A DNA stretch of 64,000 nt from assembly GCA_021648525.1 (NCBI GenBank), contig JAKISP010000001.1, positions 2,061-66,060 of the forward strand, read 5' to 3'. Of the stretch, positions 61,109 to 64,000 are shown in pieces. The position numbers were made by a program, and so were the translations under genes. The notes below the pieces were generated by a model. That model saw nothing but the letters and a program-made list of their open reading frames with translations. It was not told the origin of the DNA and did not search any database. The first letter of the stretch is position 1, and each line of letters begins with the position of its first letter. This DNA is from Gammaproteobacteria bacterium (GTDB taxonomy: Bacteria; Pseudomonadota; Gammaproteobacteria; SZUA-140).

Positions 61109-61504
61109 CTAAACCATGTACGAATAAAGAAAGCCAAAAGGCGCTTTGGTCAGCGCGACAGAGACAATAAATAGAAAGACAATCAACGCAGAGAGCCATG
61201 CCACCGAGCGACCGATATGAGTCTTAGCAAGATGCAGCGCCTCTATTCCCAGGCAAATATAAGCGACTAACGCGAATAATTTAACCGTCAGCCAGGCATC
61301 TACAAATGGGTATTGACCAATCGAAATCGTTAAGGCAATAGCCGTGCCCAGTAAAATCGTGTCATTGATATGCGGAACAATCCTGACCCACTTCTGCTGC
61401 ATCATTGCAGAACCGCGCATCACCCACAGGCCGCGAATAAAAAAGAGTGTGAAGCTAATCAGTGCAGAGAAAATATGAATATTTTTTAACATCAGAAACG
61501 CCAC
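61109..61504 (-). CDS. SirB2-family small membrane protein (tentative)
   Basis: It is 131 aa with 4 TM helices. The pattern (YPFVDAWLTVKLFALVAYICLG) resembles the SirB2/invasion-gene-expression-upregulator family. Confidence 0.5.
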   Translation of the reverse strand: MAFLMLKNIHIFSALISFTLFFIRGLWVMRGSAMMQQKWVRIVPHINDTILLGTAIALTISIGQYPFVDAWLTVKLFALVAYICLGIEALHLAKTHIGRSVAWLSALIVFLFIVSVALTKAPFGFLYSYMV

Positions 61505-61510
61505 TAGCCC

Positions 61511-62329
61511 CTATTTAGCTGCTTTTTCATCGAGCATTTTTTTAAGCTGAACGGCGGGTACATAACCCGGTAGCAAACTACCATCTTCGAATACCAGCGC
61601 CGGTGTGCCACTCACACCGATCTTCCGAGCCAGTGCCATATGCTCCTTCACAGGATTTTCACAGTCACGCTTTTTCGGTTGCTGCTTATTTTTCGCCAAT
61701 GTCATTTCATCTAGCTGATCATCAGCACACCAGACTGAAACAATCTTTTCATATGAGCGACTACCAACCCCCGCACGAGGAAAAGCTAGATAGCGAATTT
61801 CAATCCCCTCACGAAGGTAGTCCGCCATTTCATGATGGAGTTTCTGGCAGTAAAAACAGTCAACATCGGTAAACACATCGACCACATACTTGCGCTTGTC
61901 CTTTTCGGGAATAAAACGAATTTTGGTATCAAGCGCTACCGTTTCCATCAGCTTATGACGGCCCTGTGTGCGTCGCGCTTCAGTAAGATTATCCTGCGTC
62001 GTTAGATCAACCATATCGCCCTGGAACAGGTAACGACCATCCGCTGAGAGATAAAAAATATCCGAGCCGTAGACCACTTCAAATAGCCCTTTGTAACGAC
62101 TCTCTTCAACCAGATCCGGTGTCTGACCGGGAATGATTCTGGATAGTGTTTTTCTCACAGCACTGTCGTCAAGCTGGCCAGCGGGTACAACGAAACGATC
62201 CTCAGGCGAATCAGCTATCGCAATAACACGCTGTTCCACCCCGCCAGACGCAGTGCCTTTGTCTGCAAAAACAGCACTTGAAATAGTGAGCAGTGAGGCC
62301 ACTGCAGCTACCATCATTGTTTTCATCAT
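61511..62329 (-). CDS. dsbC: thiol:disulfide interchange protein DsbC/DsbG family
   Basis: A signal peptide (MMKTMMVAAVASLLTISSAVFA) starts from the internal ATGATG. There is an N-terminal dimerisation domain. The thioredoxin fold carries CFYCQKLH (CxxC) and a cis-Pro region GTPALVF. Confidence 0.8.
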   Translation of the reverse strand: MMKTMMVAAVASLLTISSAVFADKGTASGGVEQRVIAIADSPEDRFVVPAGQLDDSAVRKTLSRIIPGQTPDLVEESRYKGLFEVVYGSDIFYLSADGRYLFQGDMVDLTTQDNLTEARRTQGRHKLMETVALDTKIRFIPEKDKRKYVVDVFTDVDCFYCQKLHHEMADYLREGIEIRYLAFPRAGVGSRSYEKIVSVWCADDQLDEMTLAKNKQQPKKRDCENPVKEHMALARKIGVSGTPALVFEDGSLLPGYVPAVQLKKMLDEKAAK

Positions 62330-62399
62330 ATTTCCCACGGTTACCCAGCATTGCACAAGAGATTGTCATCATAGCAAAATTTGCCCCGTAACCGCGCCC

Positions 62400-63332
62400 T
62401 TATCCTCTTGGGTGATGAGCCGCATGCATCTCCTTAAGTCGTTCTCGCGCAATATGAGTATAAATCTGCGTGGTAGAGAGATCACTGTGACCGAGCAGCA
62501 TCTGCAATACCCTCAAATCTGCACCATGATTAAGCAGGTGCGATGCAAAGGCGTGGCGCATGACATGAGGGGAGAGTGGCTTATTAATGCCAACATCCAG
62601 CGCATGACGTTTAATCAAATACCAGAATGCCTGGCGCGTCATCGAACCACCTCGTCGCGTCACAAAAAGCGCACTGCTTATTTTTCCTTTCAATAAATCA
62701 GGGCGTACCTCTGCCTGGTACTGTTCAATCCACTCCAACGCCTCTTCGCCCAGCGGCACCAAACGCTCCTTGCTGCCTTTACCGATGACCCGCACTACTC
62801 CCTGAGAGAGACTAACACGCGCAGTATCCAGTTCGACCAATTCTGAAACACGCAGTCCTGTGGCATAAAGTACTTCTAGCATCGCACGATCACGCAGGCC
62901 CAAATAGGTCGTCACATCAGGTGCATTTAATAAACGTTCTACCTCATCTTCAGTTAACGTTTTAGGCAATGGCCTGCCTAATTTAGGGGACTCGATCTGC
63001 GCACTTGGGTCTTCATTTAACTCGCCTTCTCGTACCAGGTATTGATACAGACGTCGCATCGTCGAAAGGATGCGCGCACTCGAACGCGCATGCATTCCTT
63101 TTGAAACACAATAAGCCAGATAGGCTAGCAGATCATTTCGCCCAACAGTCATCAAGCTATTTTTACTACTCGCCAGCCATAAGGCCAATTTTTTTAGATC
63201 AGAACGATAAGCCGCCAGGGTGTTTTTGCTCAGGCCACGCTCCATCCAGAGCGCATCGAGGAATCGATCAATCAGACTGCTATCCTGTTCTGATAGCACA
63301 TTCATCGTAGCGGCATCGTTACTGCTTTTCAT
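62400..63332 (-). CDS. xerD: site-specific tyrosine recombinase XerD (chromosome dimer resolution)
   Basis: It is collinear with E. coli XerD (FLDALWMERGLSKNTLAAYRSDL, ATGLRVSELV, VIGKGSKERLVPLGEEA, HVMRHAFASHLLNHGADLRVLQMLLGHSDLSTTQIYTHI). It is adjacent to dsbC as in enterics. Confidence 0.95.
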   Translation of the reverse strand: MKSSNDAATMNVLSEQDSSLIDRFLDALWMERGLSKNTLAAYRSDLKKLALWLASSKNSLMTVGRNDLLAYLAYCVSKGMHARSSARILSTMRRLYQYLVREGELNEDPSAQIESPKLGRPLPKTLTEDEVERLLNAPDVTTYLGLRDRAMLEVLYATGLRVSELVELDTARVSLSQGVVRVIGKGSKERLVPLGEEALEWIEQYQAEVRPDLLKGKISSALFVTRRGGSMTRQAFWYLIKRHALDVGINKPLSPHVMRHAFASHLLNHGADLRVLQMLLGHSDLSTTQIYTHIARERLKEMHAAHHPRG

Positions 63333-63801
63333 GATTCAGCAACCACTGCTTAAAATCTAATTCGGCACCATCGCGTTGCCCATTAAAACCACCCAGGCCA
63401 TTCGCTGCAACGATTCGATGACACGGCACTACAATCGGTACTGGGTTACGGCGGCAGGCGCCACCGACTGCCCGTGCAGCACTCTTTAGTGCGGTTGCAG
63501 CATCACCATAAAGGCGTGTCTCACCAACTGGAATTGCACACATAAACTGCCAGACACGCTGTTGAAAGTCACTACCCTGTAATACCAGCGGTAGTGAAAA
63601 CGGCCGTTGTGAGTCTTCAAAATAACACTGTAATTGATGCACAACCTCTTGTGACACCGCGTCAATCGGCACTTTAGTTTGCATATTCATTGAAAGCAGG
63701 TCAATGCTCGCCAGCTCATCTCCCACCACCAGAATACCAAGGCGTATCGAGTCAATAGGAGTAGCAATTACGGCATCATAACTTAGCGGGTCGGCAAGCA
63801 T
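63319..63801 (-). CDS. methylated-DNA--protein-cysteine methyltransferase (second Ogt/MGMT paralogue)
   Basis: The active site is VPCHRIVAANG. The helix-turn-helix region is YGDAATALKSAARAVGGACRRNPVPIVVPCHR. Its 3' end overlaps the xerD start by 14 nt. Confidence 0.8.
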   Translation of the reverse strand: MLADPLSYDAVIATPIDSIRLGILVVGDELASIDLLSMNMQTKVPIDAVSQEVVHQLQCYFEDSQRPFSLPLVLQGSDFQQRVWQFMCAIPVGETRLYGDAATALKSAARAVGGACRRNPVPIVVPCHRIVAANGLGGFNGQRDGAELDFKQWLLNHEKQ

Positions 63802-63892
63802 CTCTCATTCTCATATCAATAATTTTATTCATACCCAATTGTGCGCCAAAATTAGACTGGATAGAATCACCGTCAGATAAAATTTCACGAAC

Positions 63893-63925
63893 AAAAAAGC
63901 CAGTGACCAACGTCACCGGCTTTTT
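63893..63925. terminator. bidirectional terminator-like hairpin
   Basis: The sequence is AAAAAA-GCCAGTGAC-CAACG-TCACCGGC-TTTTT. The stem has one A.C mismatch. Confidence 0.45.
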
Positions 63926-64000
63926 CAATGCGCCAATCTCGCCAAAGACGAGATAAATAGCGAATTATCTTATTTCAATTTCTCTTTAATACGAGCAGCC

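Overview
This window reads as a roughly 50% GC chromosomal segment of a (probably marine) gammaproteobacterium. A conserved housekeeping backbone is clear: guaB-guaA divergent from xseA as in E. coli, fumA, gdhA, nadB, slyD, rhlE, an ABC-F ybiT-like gene, and the xerD-dsbC pair. Accessory content is interspersed with it. There is a 2,945-aa secreted giant adhesin-like protein with FG-GAP and LVIVD beta-propellers, tandem Calx-beta-like arrays and a GlyGly-CTERM sorting signal. There is a gamma-glutamylation-type amine or amino-alcohol catabolic cluster (GS-like ligase, ALDH, Fe-ADH, GATase1 hydrolase). There is a strongly AT-rich island of about 6.5 kb (44.2-50.7 kb) that carries a T4-type lysozyme with a downstream lipoprotein, a tautomerase-NUDIX-PEP-mutase-family-Ogt array and a possibly frameshifted lipoprotein gene. 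There is a cytochrome b561/PepSY/OmpR-type two-component module. The most unusual system is a tight four-gene operon in which nadB (L-aspartate oxidase) is followed by an FrdB-like Fe-S protein, a second NadB/FrdA-like flavoprotein and a NuoF-like NADH-binding FMN/Fe-S subunit. That composition suggests a soluble NAD(H)-linked oxidoreductase complex genetically tied to L-aspartate oxidation that, as far as I know, has not been described. I found no CRISPR arrays, rRNA, tRNA or obvious IS elements. I recognised several intrinsic terminators and a family of palindromic hairpins with C-rich loops downstream of the giant gene. All functional calls rest on motif-level recognition in the supplied translations and need HMM or BLAST confirmation.
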